This document shows positions 9,635 through 19,840 of a stretch of DNA of 64,000 nucleotides, piece after piece (positions within the stretch are counted from its first letter, which is position 1; every line of letters starts with the position of its first letter). This DNA is from Christensenellaceae bacterium (GTDB lineage Bacteria > Bacillota > Clostridia > Christensenellales > UBA1242). A model generated the notes under the pieces. That model was not told the DNA's origin, did not search any database, and was given only the letters and a program-made list of their open reading frames with translations. A program made the translations under genes and the position numbers. The stretch covers positions 65,480 to 129,479 of the forward strand of contig JAISKJ010000003.1 in the NCBI GenBank assembly GCA_031260975.1, in the 5' to 3' direction.

Positions 9635-10882
9635 ATGAAAACAACCATAAAAGATATCAATGTAAAAGGTAAGACAATACTTTTAAGAGTGGACTTTAAT
9701 GTTCCGCAGGACGAAAAAGGACAGATTATTGACGACAACCGCATAATGGAGAGTCTTGCTACAATAAACTATCTGACCGAACAGGGGGCAAAGGTTATTG
9801 CCTGCTCGCATCTCGGGCGCCCCAACGGAATTGACCCCAAGCTTACGCTCAGACCTGTGGCCGAGAGATTATCTCAGTTGATTAAGGCACCTGTAGTTTT
9901 TGCAACCGACACAGTTGGCAAGGATGCTAAAGAAAAGGCCAAGGCCTTAAAAAGCGGCGAAGTATTGTTGCTTGAAAACCTGAGGTTTAACCCGGGCGAA
10001 GACAAAAATGACCCCAAGTTTGCCAAGGAATTGTCGCTGCTTGCTGACATTTATGTAAACGACGCATTCGGAACAGCACACAGAGAGCATGCCTCAACCT
10101 ATGGTGTAGCAAATCTTCTGCCAAACGCTGTAGGCTTTTTGATGGGCAAAGAAATAAAAGTAATCAACAGTATTCTGAGTGAACCCAAACGCCCCTTTGT
10201 AGCTATTTTGGGTGGGTCTAAAATAAAGGATAAAATTCAGGTTATTGAAAATCTTTTGAGAGTGGTCGACACACTTATTATTGGCGGAGGAATGGCTTAT
10301 ACTTTTATTAAGGCTCAGGGCGGCAGCATCGGAAAGTCGCTTTTAGACGGAACTAATATTGATTTTGCAAAACGTATGCTTGATGAAGCAAAGAAGAAAG
10401 GCGTAAAGGTACTTCTGCCATATGACACTATTGCAGCAAAAGAATTCAGCAACTCAGCTAAGCGCAAAAAGTTTTTGACAGCTGCTATACCTGACGACTA
10501 TCAAGGGCTGGATATCGGACCTAAAACAACAAAAATGTTTATTAAAGAAATTAAGGGCGCTGGAACCATTATATGGAACGGACCCGTTGGGGTTTATGAA
10601 TTTAGCAACTTTGCAAATGGTACTTTAAAAGTGGCCAAAGCTGTAAGCAAATGCAATGGGTTTACCTTTATTGGTGGCGGCGACAGTGCTGCGGCTGTTA
10701 TAAGGCTCGGGTATGCTAAGCGCATAGACCATATTTCAACAGGCGGCGGAGCAAGTCTTATGATGCTTGAGGGAAAGACCCTTCCGGGCGTGGACGTTAT
10801 CAGAGACGTTGAGGACATGATCGTTCCTAAGAAGGCTGCCAAGAAAGCTCCGGCAAAAGCCGCAGCTAAGAAAGCAAAATAA
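9635..10882 (+). CDS. pgk: phosphoglycerate kinase with a Lys/Ala-rich C-terminal tail
   Basis: KGKTILLRVDFNVP..., NLRFNPGE and GGGDSAAAV motifs. Tail is PKKAAKKAPAKAAAKKAK. Confidence 0.95.
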   Translation: MKTTIKDINVKGKTILLRVDFNVPQDEKGQIIDDNRIMESLATINYLTEQGAKVIACSHLGRPNGIDPKLTLRPVAERLSQLIKAPVVFATDTVGKDAKEKAKALKSGEVLLLENLRFNPGEDKNDPKFAKELSLLADIYVNDAFGTAHREHASTYGVANLLPNAVGFLMGKEIKVINSILSEPKRPFVAILGGSKIKDKIQVIENLLRVVDTLIIGGGMAYTFIKAQGGSIGKSLLDGTNIDFAKRMLDEAKKKGVKVLLPYDTIAAKEFSNSAKRKKFLTAAIPDDYQGLDIGPKTTKMFIKEIKGAGTIIWNGPVGVYEFSNFANGTLKVAKAVSKCNGFTFIGGGDSAAAVIRLGYAKRIDHISTGGGASLMMLEGKTLPGVDVIRDVEDMIVPKKAAKKAPAKAAAKKAK

Positions 10883-10906
10883 GTGCGGCCGGTCGGAGAG
10901 AAAGAA

Positions 10907-12436
10907 ATGCGGACTGATTTTTGTGTTCTTTTAATATTGGACGGATTTGGAGAAAATCCGCGAAAAAAGGGTAACGCCGTAAAAGAGGCGGGTACTCCCT
11001 TTTTGGATTATTATAAATCAAAATATCCTTATACTTCAATTTCTGCCAGCGAAGAACCCGTAGGTTTGGTTAAAGGTCAGATGGGTGACAGTGAAGTGGG
11101 GCATATGAACATAGGGGCAGGCAGAGTGGTATATCAGAACTTGCTTAAACTTAATCTTGAAATTGACAGCGGAATTTTTTTTAAGAACCCCGAAATCATA
11201 AAGACCATGGAGCATGTGAAAAAGAATAATTCAGCGCTCCATTTAATGGGTCTTATTAGCGACGGCGGCGTGCACAGTCATTATAAGCATCTTTTGGCTT
11301 ATCTTGACATGGCAAAAAAGATGGGGCTGAAAAAGGTGTTTGTTCACGCTGTAACCGACGGACGGGACACCTATTATAAGAGCACCGAAAAATATTTGCT
11401 TTTGGTTGATGCACATATGAAAAAGATAGGTTTGGGTAAGTTTGCTTCTGTGTGCGGCAGATTTTTTGCCATGGACAGGGAGCACAACTATGACAGAACT
11501 AAAAAGTTTTATGATATGGTAATTTTTGGTAAGGCTACTCCTGTTGTCAGCATATATGACGGCATAAAACAAAATTATAAAGCAGGCATAACCGATGAAT
11601 TTATAGAGCCGTGTATTGTTGATGACGGCGGCGGAGCTCACACTTTTAAAGACAACGATGCGTTTATTTTGGTAAACTTCAGAAAAGACAGACCGATTCA
11701 GTTTTTGGAAAGCCTAACCGACACCAAGTTTAAGGAATTTGAAACAAAGAGGCTTAAGAATTTCAGAGTGCAAACAACCACGGAAATTAGCGCAAAATTT
11801 AAAAACATTGCTGTAGCTTATGCAGATGTTGTACCTCAAAATACACTGAGCGAAGTGATAAGCAAAAACGGATTTTCTCAGCTAAAAATTGCCGAGACTA
11901 CCAAATATGCCCATGTGACATATTATCTTAACGGAACGATAGAAAAACCATATAAAGGTGAGGATAGAAAGCTGTTTGAGAGTGATAAAATTCCAAACTT
12001 TGCCGTGCAACCCAAAATGCAGGCACAAAAAATTTCACAGTTTGCCATATCCTCCATAAAGAGCCATAAGTATAAATTGATTACCATTAATATTGCAAAC
12101 GGAGACATGATTGGGCATACGGGCGATTATAAGGCTGCGCTTGAAGCGGTTAAGGAAGTTGACCTTAGGCTTAATGAAATTGCTGAAGCTGCTCTTGAAG
12201 AAGGGGGTACCTGCATTATAACCGCCGATCATGGAAACATTGAAGAGATGTTTACCCGTGACGGAAAGGTATCCACTCAGCATAGTATATTTAAGGTTCC
12301 GTTTGTTGTGATAGATGATGGTTTAATAGGGCTTAAGCTTAAAGAGGGCGGCAAGCTGGGTGACATTGCTCCAACGATTTTAAAGATATTAAAAATTAAG
12401 CAGCCCAAGGAAATGACAGGTATTAGTTTACTGTGA
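10907..12436 (+). CDS. gpmI: 2,3-bisphosphoglycerate-independent phosphoglycerate mutase
   Basis: LLILDGFG and DSEVGHMNIGAGR motifs, plus ADHGN near the C-terminus. Start moved to the ATG at 10907. Confidence 0.93.
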   Translation: MRTDFCVLLILDGFGENPRKKGNAVKEAGTPFLDYYKSKYPYTSISASEEPVGLVKGQMGDSEVGHMNIGAGRVVYQNLLKLNLEIDSGIFFKNPEIIKTMEHVKKNNSALHLMGLISDGGVHSHYKHLLAYLDMAKKMGLKKVFVHAVTDGRDTYYKSTEKYLLLVDAHMKKIGLGKFASVCGRFFAMDREHNYDRTKKFYDMVIFGKATPVVSIYDGIKQNYKAGITDEFIEPCIVDDGGGAHTFKDNDAFILVNFRKDRPIQFLESLTDTKFKEFETKRLKNFRVQTTTEISAKFKNIAVAYADVVPQNTLSEVISKNGFSQLKIAETTKYAHVTYYLNGTIEKPYKGEDRKLFESDKIPNFAVQPKMQAQKISQFAISSIKSHKYKLITINIANGDMIGHTGDYKAALEAVKEVDLRLNEIAEAALEEGGTCIITADHGNIEEMFTRDGKVSTQHSIFKVPFVVIDDGLIGLKLKEGGKLGDIAPTILKILKIKQPKEMTGISLL

Positions 12437-12490
12437 TATTATTATATGAACGCATTTGCATGCCGGCTGTGTGGCCACAAGGAGAGGATT

Positions 12491-13240
12491 ATGAAAGCAG
12501 TTATCGCAAATTTTAAGATGAACAAAACTACCAAAGAGGTGGAGGGTTATATTGACGAAATTATACCGCAGGTCAAAACTAAAAAAGTCAATATCGGGAT
12601 TTGTCCGTCGTATGTGGCGCTTGGTGCTGCCTGCAAAAAGGCCAAGGGCTCAAACATTATTGTTGGAGCTCAAAACGTGAACGAAAACGACAAGGGGAGT
12701 TTTACCGGTGAAGTCTCAGCCGATATGCTGCTTGACACAGGAGCGAAATTTACGCTTGTCGGTCACAGTGAGAGACGCAGCAGAGGTTATGAAACCGAAA
12801 GTTCTATAAACAAAAAGATGCTAAAAGCTCTTAGCCGCGGTCTGGGTGTTGTGTTGTGTATTGGTGAAAACCGTGCTGAGCGGGATGAGAATATCACTCA
12901 GGAAATCTTACAGGCTCAGGTGTCGTCGGCTCTGCTCGGTGTTTATAAAAACGAGCTTAAGTCCATCACGATAGCCTATGAGCCCGTGTGGGCAATAGGC
13001 ACAGGCGTTGTAGCTTCAAATGGTCAGATAGAGGACGCGATTGAATTTATAAGGGGAGTGGTGGCTACTCTTTATGATGAAGAGGCTGCTGAAACTATCG
13101 GAATTTTGTATGGCGGCAGCGTGACTGAAAATAATGCTGACGGCATAGCCAAAATAAAAGGCGTAAACGGCGCACTTGTGGGCGGAGATTCTCTGATTGT
13201 AAGCAAATTTATAAAAATAATCAGCGCATTTGACAAATAA
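12491..13240 (+). CDS. tpiA: triosephosphate isomerase
   Basis: MKAVIANFKMNKT, VGHSERR, AYEPVWAIGTG and YGGSV motifs. SD AGGAGAGG lies before the ATG at 12491. Confidence 0.93.
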   Translation: MKAVIANFKMNKTTKEVEGYIDEIIPQVKTKKVNIGICPSYVALGAACKKAKGSNIIVGAQNVNENDKGSFTGEVSADMLLDTGAKFTLVGHSERRSRGYETESSINKKMLKALSRGLGVVLCIGENRAERDENITQEILQAQVSSALLGVYKNELKSITIAYEPVWAIGTGVVASNGQIEDAIEFIRGVVATLYDEEAAETIGILYGGSVTENNADGIAKIKGVNGALVGGDSLIVSKFIKIISAFDK

Positions 13241-13331
13241 ACTAAATTGTTAGTTATGTTTTGAATTTTAGGGATATTGTTTTAAAAGATTTTATGCTTA
13301 AATGAGTTAAATAAAAACTTGGGGTAAAAAT

Positions 13332-14287
13332 ATGAAAGAAGCGGAAACTAAGGAAGTGTTAAACAGGCTTAAAGAGGCGATAAAGAAAGGTGAACCGCTC
13401 AACGACAGCGCGTTTTGGTATTTAAGTAATGATGGCATAGACGGACTTTTTGCAATTGAACAGGACGAGGAATACAAAAAAGTAGCTATTCCAAGCGTCA
13501 CTCAGGATATGTTGGCAATTGCCAAATATATCGCTGAAAAACACGCTGACAAAAAACATATAATTTTTACCGATTGGGGCTGCGGCAACGGACAGATTTC
13601 CAAAATAATAACGGAGTATTTGATTAAAGAAGGCTTTGATTTGACATATATGCCTATAGACATTAGCCAAAAAGAACTTGATGTTGCTTGCATTGAGCAT
13701 AAATTCGAAAATATAGTACCTGTTTTGTCGCTGTTTGAAAATCTAAAAGATTATTTTCCGCTGAAATCTGTGGGGGGGGGCAGACCGTCACGGTACATGG
13801 CTTTTTGGGTAGCACTGTAGGGAATTTTGACAAGAATAAAATAAATGAAATTATTAAGAGCGTCAAAGAAGAAGTTATTGTGCACATGGGTATAGTAGAA
13901 GTAAACTCCAAGGAATATGAAGAGGGAGTCATTGAGGGTTATGAGAACAAGATTTTTGAAAAATTTGTGCTGGGCCCCATGGTGTTCTGCGGTTTTAAAG
14001 AAGAAGATTTTGTGTTGGATGAGAGTACAGGTTTGAGGTATAAAGTAAGATTTGAAAACGGAATGGTAAAAGAATCCGTTTGCCTTGCTCATGATATAGA
14101 TTTTGAAGGATGCATGCTGTCTCAGGGGGCAACATATGATATTGTTGAAAGCCGAAAATTCAGCCTGAGTATGTTTAAAGAGTTTATTGCCCCAAGCTGT
14201 GGTGATAATGTTGTTATGTTAAGTGAGTCTGGTGCCATGGCAGTGTGCAGGGCACAGGAGCAGGCAAATGCTGTTGAGCAAACATGA
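13332..14287 (+). pseudogene. SAM-dependent methyltransferase of the EgtD/Methyltransf_33 type, split by a frameshift in a G9 tract
   Basis: The N-terminal part carries DWGCGNGQ...YMPIDIS. The second frame reads ...HGFLGSTVGNF (family motif FLGSTIGNF) and ...VESRKFS. The two frames meet at 13772-13780. Confidence 0.6.
13772..13780 (+). repeat. homopolymeric G9 tract
   Basis: Counted directly: tGGGGGGGGGc at 13771-13781. Confidence 0.95.
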
Positions 14288-14395
14288 TACAAAGTGATAC
14301 ATATTGCCTTTGTCCTATTGACTTATTCTGTAAAGAAGGTTATAATAAAATGCAAGTCTTAACAAACATTGCGGCGGATAGACTTGGGGGGCACT

Positions 14396-14617
14396 ATGAA
14401 TTGGTTTGAAGAAACATGGAATACACTGACGAATTTCTTGCGCGGTATTGACCCGCTTACGAGATATATTATCATTGCCGCCCTTGCCATTGTTGTTTGT
14501 ATGTGTCTTATTAAGTTTATTAAAAAGAATACCAATAAAACCAGCATTATGTGGATTTATGCAGTGCTCGCTCTTTTGTGCATCGGTGTGATAATTCTTC
14601 TGAGTGTTTTTGCTTAA
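14396..14617 (+). CDS. small membrane protein (two TM helices), unknown function
   Basis: MNWFEETWNTL... followed by two hydrophobic segments. The start choice is tentative. Confidence 0.4.
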   Translation: MNWFEETWNTLTNFLRGIDPLTRYIIIAALAIVVCMCLIKFIKKNTNKTSIMWIYAVLALLCIGVIILLSVFA

Positions 14618-14711
14618 AACAATCTAAGGGGTTGTTTTTTCTTTTTTAGAGATGAATGTTTGTACCATTTGAACAATCTAGAAATCTTTGTTAAAAAAGC
14701 TGAAAAAGTGG

Positions 14712-14740
14712 TTGACTTGATATGAATAATAGTGTATAAT
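14712..14740 (+). promoter_or_regulatory. sigma-A promoter of the S10 operon
   Basis: TTGACT (14712-14717), 17-nt spacer, TATAAT (14735-14740). Confidence 0.65.
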
Positions 14741-15001
14741 CATAGCACTGTGAACATGGGTTGAAACATAAAGTTACCGTGTTTAGCAACAAATAACGGA
14801 GAATTTATGCCGACAAGTTGAGGCGTGACCTCAGCGACCGCTGACAAAAATAAGGGGACAGTACGTTTTTTTATTTCTCTCTCACAGTGCGACACACACG
14901 GGGACGTGTATTAACCACAAATGGTGGTTAGAATATGCTTGATTCCCAATATATAGTGGTGTCACAGAGTTTAAGGCGGATTTGGGTTAAGGAGGAAAAT
15001 T
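14741..15001 (+). promoter_or_regulatory. long structured 5' leader of the S10 operon
   Basis: About 260 nt lie between the promoter and rpsJ. Hairpins include TGAGG/CCTCA, CAGCG/CGCTG and TAACCAC/GTGGTTA, and there is an internal T7 run near 14866-14876. Confidence 0.4.
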
Positions 15002-15307
15002 ATGGCAACTCAAAAAATCAGAATTAAGTTAAAGTCGTATGACCACAGTCTTATTGATATCGCTGCTGCCCGTATAATCGAGGCGGCCGAAAAGACAGGG
15101 TCAAGAATTGCGGGACCTATTCCGCTTCCGACCGAAAAGGAAGTGGTAACAATTTTAAGGTCGCCGCATGTCAACAAGGACAGCCGTGAGCAGTTTGAAC
15201 TGCGCACACACAAAAGGGTGATTGATATCTATACCACTACCAAGGCGCTGGACTCACTTATGAAGCTGGATTTGCCTGCAGGTGTTGATATCAACATTAA
15301 GTTATAA
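15002..15307 (+). CDS. rpsJ: 30S ribosomal protein S10
   Basis: [12 protein letters not shown]...LPTEK...[21 protein letters not shown] is present. Confidence 0.97.
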   Translation: MATQKIRIKLKSYDHSLIDIAAARIIEAAEKTGSRIAGPIPLPTEKEVVTILRSPHVNKDSREQFELRTHKRVIDIYTTTKALDSLMKLDLPAGVDINIKL

Positions 15308-15324
15308 GGAGCAAGGAGAAGAAC

Positions 15325-15960
15325 ATGAAGAAAGCAATTTTAGGAAAGAAGCTAGGCATGACGCAAGTGTTCGCTTCAAACGGTGAGGTTATACCCGTAA
15401 CTGTGATAGAAGCCGGTCCTTGCGCCGTTGTGCAGAAGAAAACTGAAGAAAAAGACGGATACAAGGCTGTTGTTGCGGGCTTTGACCAAAAGAGAGAAAA
15501 GCTTTTTAACAAGCCCGAAACGGGAGTGTTTAAAAAGGCAGGGGTGACACCCAAAAGATTTTTGAGAGAGCTTGACTTGGATGAATATGAAACGCTGACA
15601 GTGGGCTCAGAAATCAAATGCAGCATATTCAAAGTTGGCGACATTGTTGATGTAACAGGTATTACGAAAGGACATGGGTTTAGCGGAAGTATCAAAAGAC
15701 ACAACCAGCACAGAACCCGCATGTCACACGGAAACGGACCTGTGCACAGAGAGGTAGGATCGCTCAGCAGCAGTAGTGATGCTAGTAAAGTATTTAAAAA
15801 CAGACAAATGCCGGGGCATTTTGGAGTAGACCAAGTTACCATTCAGAACCTGACGGTTGTCAGGGTTGACGAAGCGAGAAATGCACTTTTGATAAAAGGT
15901 GCAATTCCCGGACCTAAGAATGGACTTGTTGAGGTCAGAAGTGCCATAAAGGCTAACTAA
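15325..15960 (+). CDS. rplC: 50S ribosomal protein L3
   Basis: ILGKKLGMTQVF...PVTVIEAGPC...GKGFSG-type core; operon order. Confidence 0.97.
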   Translation: MKKAILGKKLGMTQVFASNGEVIPVTVIEAGPCAVVQKKTEEKDGYKAVVAGFDQKREKLFNKPETGVFKKAGVTPKRFLRELDLDEYETLTVGSEIKCSIFKVGDIVDVTGITKGHGFSGSIKRHNQHRTRMSHGNGPVHREVGSLSSSSDASKVFKNRQMPGHFGVDQVTIQNLTVVRVDEARNALLIKGAIPGPKNGLVEVRSAIKAN

Positions 15961-15974
15961 AGGGAGTAAGTAAC

Positions 15975-16601
15975 ATGCCAAAAGTTAAAGTTTATAATCA
16001 GAAAGCGGAAGTTGTTGGCAACCTGACACTGAGTGACGAAGTGTTTGGACAAGAGTATAACGAACCACTAATACATCAAGTTATTGTGGCATACAACAAC
16101 AACCAGCGCCAAGGCAACAAAAGTGCACTTACTCGCAGCGAAGTGAGAGGGCACGCCAAAAAGCCCTGGAGACAAAAGGGAACAGGAAGAGCCCGTCACG
16201 GCTCATCAAAAGGTCCTCAGTGGACAGGCGGAGGAGTGGTGTTTGCACCCAAGCCCCGCGACTTTAGTCAAAAAGTTAACAAACAGGCAAAGGTTGCAGC
16301 CTTCAAAAGCGCACTTAGTGCCAAGACTGCCGACCAGGAACTTATTGTTTTGGACGAGCTTAAGATTAAGGAACCCAAAACACAGAAGTTTGTGCCTGTA
16401 ATGGAAAAATTTAAAATCGAAAAACGCGCATTGTTTGTGCTTGCTGACAAAGACGAAAATATCTTAAGGGCTACAAACAACATTCCTAACATATCCGTTA
16501 CTTTTGCCGACGTTTTAAACACTTATGACGTAGTGGCAAACGCTAAGGTATATATTACGCAGGATGCCGTTAAGAAAATAGAGGAGGCATACAAATCATG
16601 A
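15975..16601 (+). CDS. rplD: 50S ribosomal protein L4
   Basis: RQGNKSALTRSEVRGHAKKPWRQKGTGRARHGS. Confidence 0.97.
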   Translation: MPKVKVYNQKAEVVGNLTLSDEVFGQEYNEPLIHQVIVAYNNNQRQGNKSALTRSEVRGHAKKPWRQKGTGRARHGSSKGPQWTGGGVVFAPKPRDFSQKVNKQAKVAAFKSALSAKTADQELIVLDELKIKEPKTQKFVPVMEKFKIEKRALFVLADKDENILRATNNIPNISVTFADVLNTYDVVANAKVYITQDAVKKIEEAYKS

Positions 16602-16900
16602 ACGCCTACGATATTATTAAAAAACCGCTGCTGACCGAGAAAAGTTATGCCGACATAGCAAACAAACGCTATACTTTTGTGGTTGATAAAGACGCCAACA
16701 AAATTGAGATTAAGCAGGCGGTAGAAAAGATTTTTAAAGTCAAAGTAAAACAGGTTAATACACTAAACGTAAGGGGCAAAGAAAAAGCTCAGAACACGAA
16801 AAACGGCAGGACTGTAGGGAAAACATCTTCCTATAAAAAAGCTATTGTGTGGCTAGCAAGTGATAGCAAGCCGATTGAGTTTTTTGAAAGCCTGAACTAA
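16598..16900 (+). CDS. rplW: 50S ribosomal protein L23
   Basis: [12 protein letters not shown]...[20 protein letters not shown]. Overlaps the rplD stop. Confidence 0.96.
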   Translation: MNAYDIIKKPLLTEKSYADIANKRYTFVVDKDANKIEIKQAVEKIFKVKVKQVNTLNVRGKEKAQNTKNGRTVGKTSSYKKAIVWLASDSKPIEFFESLN

Positions 16901-16917
16901 GAGAGGAGGAAAGAATA

Positions 16918-17745
16918 ATGGCTGTAATAAGACATAAACCAACAACTCCTGCGCAAAGACATCTAACCACCGCTGATTTTTCGGTTTTGACCAAAAAGAA
17001 ACCCGAAAAATCATTGCTTGCGGTTAAAAACAAGTCGGGCGGAAGGAATGCCAATGGAAGAATTACCGTAAGGCACACCGGCGGAGGAAACAGACAAAAA
17101 TATAGATTGGTTGATTTCAGACGTAATACGGATGAAGTTCCTGCCAAGGTAACCGCAATTGAATATGACCCCAACCGTACTGCTTATATAGCACTGCTTA
17201 CATATGCCGACGGCAGAAAGTCATATATATTGGCTCCGGTTGGCCTCAATGTTGGTGACACTGTGGTTTCAGGCGTAAATGCCGAAATAAAGGTGGGAAA
17301 CAACCTTCCGCTTGAAAACATACCTGTAGGTTCGGTTGTTCACAACATTGAAATTTATCCGGGAAGAGGCGCACAAGTAGCACGTTCTGCCGGAATTTCG
17401 GCAAGGCTTATGGCAAAAGAGGGCAAATATGCCACTATTAAAATGCCCAGCGGCGAAATGCGTATGGTTCCGATTGCCTGCCGTGCAACTTTGGGGCAGG
17501 TGGGGAACATTGAACACGAAATTATTAACCTCGGAAAAGCAGGAAGAAAAAGACACATGGGTGTCAGACCTACTGTCAGAGGAAGCGCGATGAACCCTGT
17601 TGACCACCCGCATGGTGGTGGTGAAGGAAAGGCACCGATTGGAAGACCCGGTCCTGTTACACCTTGGGGCAAGCCTGCATTGGGTCTTAAGACCAGAAAC
17701 CGCAAAAAGAGTTCGAGTAAACTTATTATAAAGCGTGTTAATTAG
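16918..17745 (+). CDS. rplB: 50S ribosomal protein L2
   Basis: [17 protein letters not shown]...[19 protein letters not shown]. Confidence 0.98.
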   Translation: MAVIRHKPTTPAQRHLTTADFSVLTKKKPEKSLLAVKNKSGGRNANGRITVRHTGGGNRQKYRLVDFRRNTDEVPAKVTAIEYDPNRTAYIALLTYADGRKSYILAPVGLNVGDTVVSGVNAEIKVGNNLPLENIPVGSVVHNIEIYPGRGAQVARSAGISARLMAKEGKYATIKMPSGEMRMVPIACRATLGQVGNIEHEIINLGKAGRKRHMGVRPTVRGSAMNPVDHPHGGGEGKAPIGRPGPVTPWGKPALGLKTRNRKKSSSKLIIKRVN

Positions 17746-17756
17746 GAGAGTGAATT

Positions 17757-18038
17757 ATGAGTAGATCATTAAAGAAAAAGCCGTTTGTGGAGCAGAGACT
17801 GTTTAACAGGATTGCCGCAATGAACGAAACAAATACCAAAAAGCCCGTAAAGACATGGTCTAGGGCATCGGTTATATACCCAGAATTTGTAGGTCACACT
17901 ATTGCTGTTCACAACGGCAAAAAGCATATGCCGGTATACTGTACCGCTGAAATGGTTGGCCACAAATTGGGTGAGTTTGCTCCGACACGAACTTTCCATG
18001 GGCACGCCGCCAGCAAAACCAAGGGCGGGAAGAAATAA
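17757..18038 (+). CDS. rpsS: 30S ribosomal protein S19
   Basis: [10 protein letters not shown]...[16 protein letters not shown]...[15 protein letters not shown]. Confidence 0.97.
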   Translation: MSRSLKKKPFVEQRLFNRIAAMNETNTKKPVKTWSRASVIYPEFVGHTIAVHNGKKHMPVYCTAEMVGHKLGEFAPTRTFHGHAASKTKGGKK

Positions 18039-18049
18039 GGAGAAGTGAA

Positions 18050-18691
18050 ATGGCAAAGAGAATAAGAGAAAAGGCTGCAAAGATAGAGCTAAACAGAGAC
18101 AAACGCCCTGTTGCGCACGCCAAACACATAAGAATAAGCCCCTCAAAAGTGCGCCTTGTGGCCGATCTGGTGAGAGGTAAAAGTTATAACGAAGCCGTTG
18201 CTGTTTTAGAAAACACTCCTAATGGTTCGGCTATAGCTATTTTGAAGGCAATAAAATCTGCTGCTGCAAACGCTGAAAACAATCAGAGTATGAACAGGGA
18301 CGACCTGTATGTGGCAGAAATTTATACCGGCCCCGGACCAACTCTTAAGAGAATTAACATCAGAGCCCGAGGCAGAGTGGACAGAATTGCTAAAAGAACA
18401 AGCCACATTACTGTGAGACTTGACAGCAAGGATGCGCCGGTAAAGGAAACCCCTGTGAAGGTAAAAAAGCCTGCAGCAAAGACGGAAACAAAAACCACAG
18501 TTAAGCCTGCAGCAAAACCAGCCGCAAAGGCGCCAAAGGTTGAAGCAAAGAAACCTGCCGCAGTTAAAACAGCGGCGAAACCGGCAGCGAAAGCAACAAC
18601 AGAAACCGCAGCCAAGCCTGCAGCAAAGCCCGTTGCGAAAACTGCAACAAAAGCAGCCACCGGCGGCACCGCTGGCGCCAAGAAAAAATAA
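18050..18691 (+). CDS. rplV: 50S ribosomal protein L22 with a C-terminal Lys/Ala/Pro-rich extension of about 90 aa
   Basis: The core is RISPSKVRLVADLVRGKSYNEA...RINIRARGRVDRIAKRTSHITV. The KPAAK-type tail runs from about 18425. Confidence 0.95.
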   Translation: MAKRIREKAAKIELNRDKRPVAHAKHIRISPSKVRLVADLVRGKSYNEAVAVLENTPNGSAIAILKAIKSAAANAENNQSMNRDDLYVAEIYTGPGPTLKRINIRARGRVDRIAKRTSHITVRLDSKDAPVKETPVKVKKPAAKTETKTTVKPAAKPAAKAPKVEAKKPAAVKTAAKPAAKATTETAAKPAAKPVAKTATKAATGGTAGAKKK

Positions 18692-18705
18692 GGAGAAGGC
18701 AGAAT

Positions 18706-19398
18706 ATGGGACAAAAAGTTAGCCCGGTAGGGTTTAGAATGGGTGTCAACAAAACATGGGAATCGCTTTGGTACGCTAACAAAGGCGATTTTGCCAAGTT
18801 TATTAAGCAAGATAATGACATCAGACGCCACATAAAAAAGAAATATTACGCTTGTGCCATCTCTAAAATTGGTATTGAGCGCACTGCAAAAAGATTGGTA
18901 GTAAATATTACAACCGGAAGGCCGGGTGTTTTAATTGGGCAGAAGGGCGCCGGAGTTGAGGCTCTTAAGAAGGAAGTTTGCAAAATTGCAGATACCGACG
19001 CAGTTTCTATCAACATTAAAGAAGTGAGAAACATAGACCTTGATGCAGTTTTGATTGCCGAAGGTATAGCCAGTCAGCTTGAAAAGCGCGTAAAATTCAG
19101 AAGCGCTATGAAGCAGGCTATGCAGAGAGCAACCAAGGCGGGAGCCAAGGGTATTAAGACAATGGTAAGCGGAAGGCTTGAAGGGGCAGATATTGCACGA
19201 ACAGAGCACTATCACTTAGGAAATCTTCCGCTACACACACTCAGAGCCGACATTGACTACGGCACAGCTGAAGCGCACACCACATTCGGTATTATCGGCG
19301 TTAAGGTCTGGGTTTATAAGGGTGATATCTTGGGCAAGTTCAGCATAACACCAAGCGCAAACTCCCGAAGAGGAGGTGGCGACAATGTTAATGCCTAA
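18706..19398 (+). CDS. rpsC: 30S ribosomal protein S3
   Basis: [21 protein letters not shown]; KH and C-terminal domains. Confidence 0.97.
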   Translation: MGQKVSPVGFRMGVNKTWESLWYANKGDFAKFIKQDNDIRRHIKKKYYACAISKIGIERTAKRLVVNITTGRPGVLIGQKGAGVEALKKEVCKIADTDAVSINIKEVRNIDLDAVLIAEGIASQLEKRVKFRSAMKQAMQRATKAGAKGIKTMVSGRLEGADIARTEHYHLGNLPLHTLRADIDYGTAEAHTTFGIIGVKVWVYKGDILGKFSITPSANSRRGGGDNVNA

Positions 19399-19840
19399 AA
19401 GAGTGAAACACAGAAAACAGCAGCGTGGAAGAATGACGGGTAAGGCCACCCGCGGAAACAAGGTTAACTACGGTGACTTTGGTTTGGTGGCTACCGAGCC
19501 GTGTTGGATTACATCCAACCAGATTGAGGCTTCACGTATTGCTATGACCAGACACACAAAGAGAGGCGGACAGGTTTGGATAAAAATATTTCCGCACAAA
19601 CCCGTAACTAAAAAGCCCGCCGAAGTTCGTATGGGTAACGGAAAGGGTAACCCTGAGTTTTGGGTTGCGGTAGTAAAGCCCGGCAGAGTACTGTTTGAAA
19701 TAGCAGGAATTGCTGAAGACACCGCAAAAGAAGCTTTGAGACTTGCCAGTCACAAACTGCCTTGCAAAACTAAGATAGTTAAGAAGGGTGAAGAAGTACC
19801 GGCGGACGCAAAGGAGGTAGTGGCAAATGAAAATCAATGA
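19385..19840 (+). CDS. rplP: 50S ribosomal protein L16
   Basis: [17 protein letters not shown]...; start moved to the ATG at 19385 after SD AGGAGG. Confidence 0.96.
   Translation: MLMPKRVKHRKQQRGRMTGKATRGNKVNYGDFGLVATEPCWITSNQIEASRIAMTRHTKRGGQVWIKIFPHKPVTKKPAEVRMGNGKGNPEFWVAVVKPGRVLFEIAGIAEDTAKEALRLASHKLPCKTKIVKKGEEVPADAKEVVANENQ

Noticed and set aside
9175-9744. 189-aa minus-strand ORF spanning the Na/Pi transporter 3' end and the pgk 5' end.
   Set aside because: It is antisense to two supported genes and crosses their intergenic SD region. The sequence is low quality.
18322-18831. Long antisense ORFs opposite the Lys/Ala-rich tails and the L7/L12 hinge (18322-18831, 20021-20389, 21440-21736, 23747-24466, 56230-56733, 60163-60618).
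   Set aside because: These are a compositional artefact. GCN/AAR-rich coding sequence is stop-free on the opposite strand. The translations are low-complexity (AAGFAAG...), lack SD sites, and overlap unambiguous ribosomal genes.
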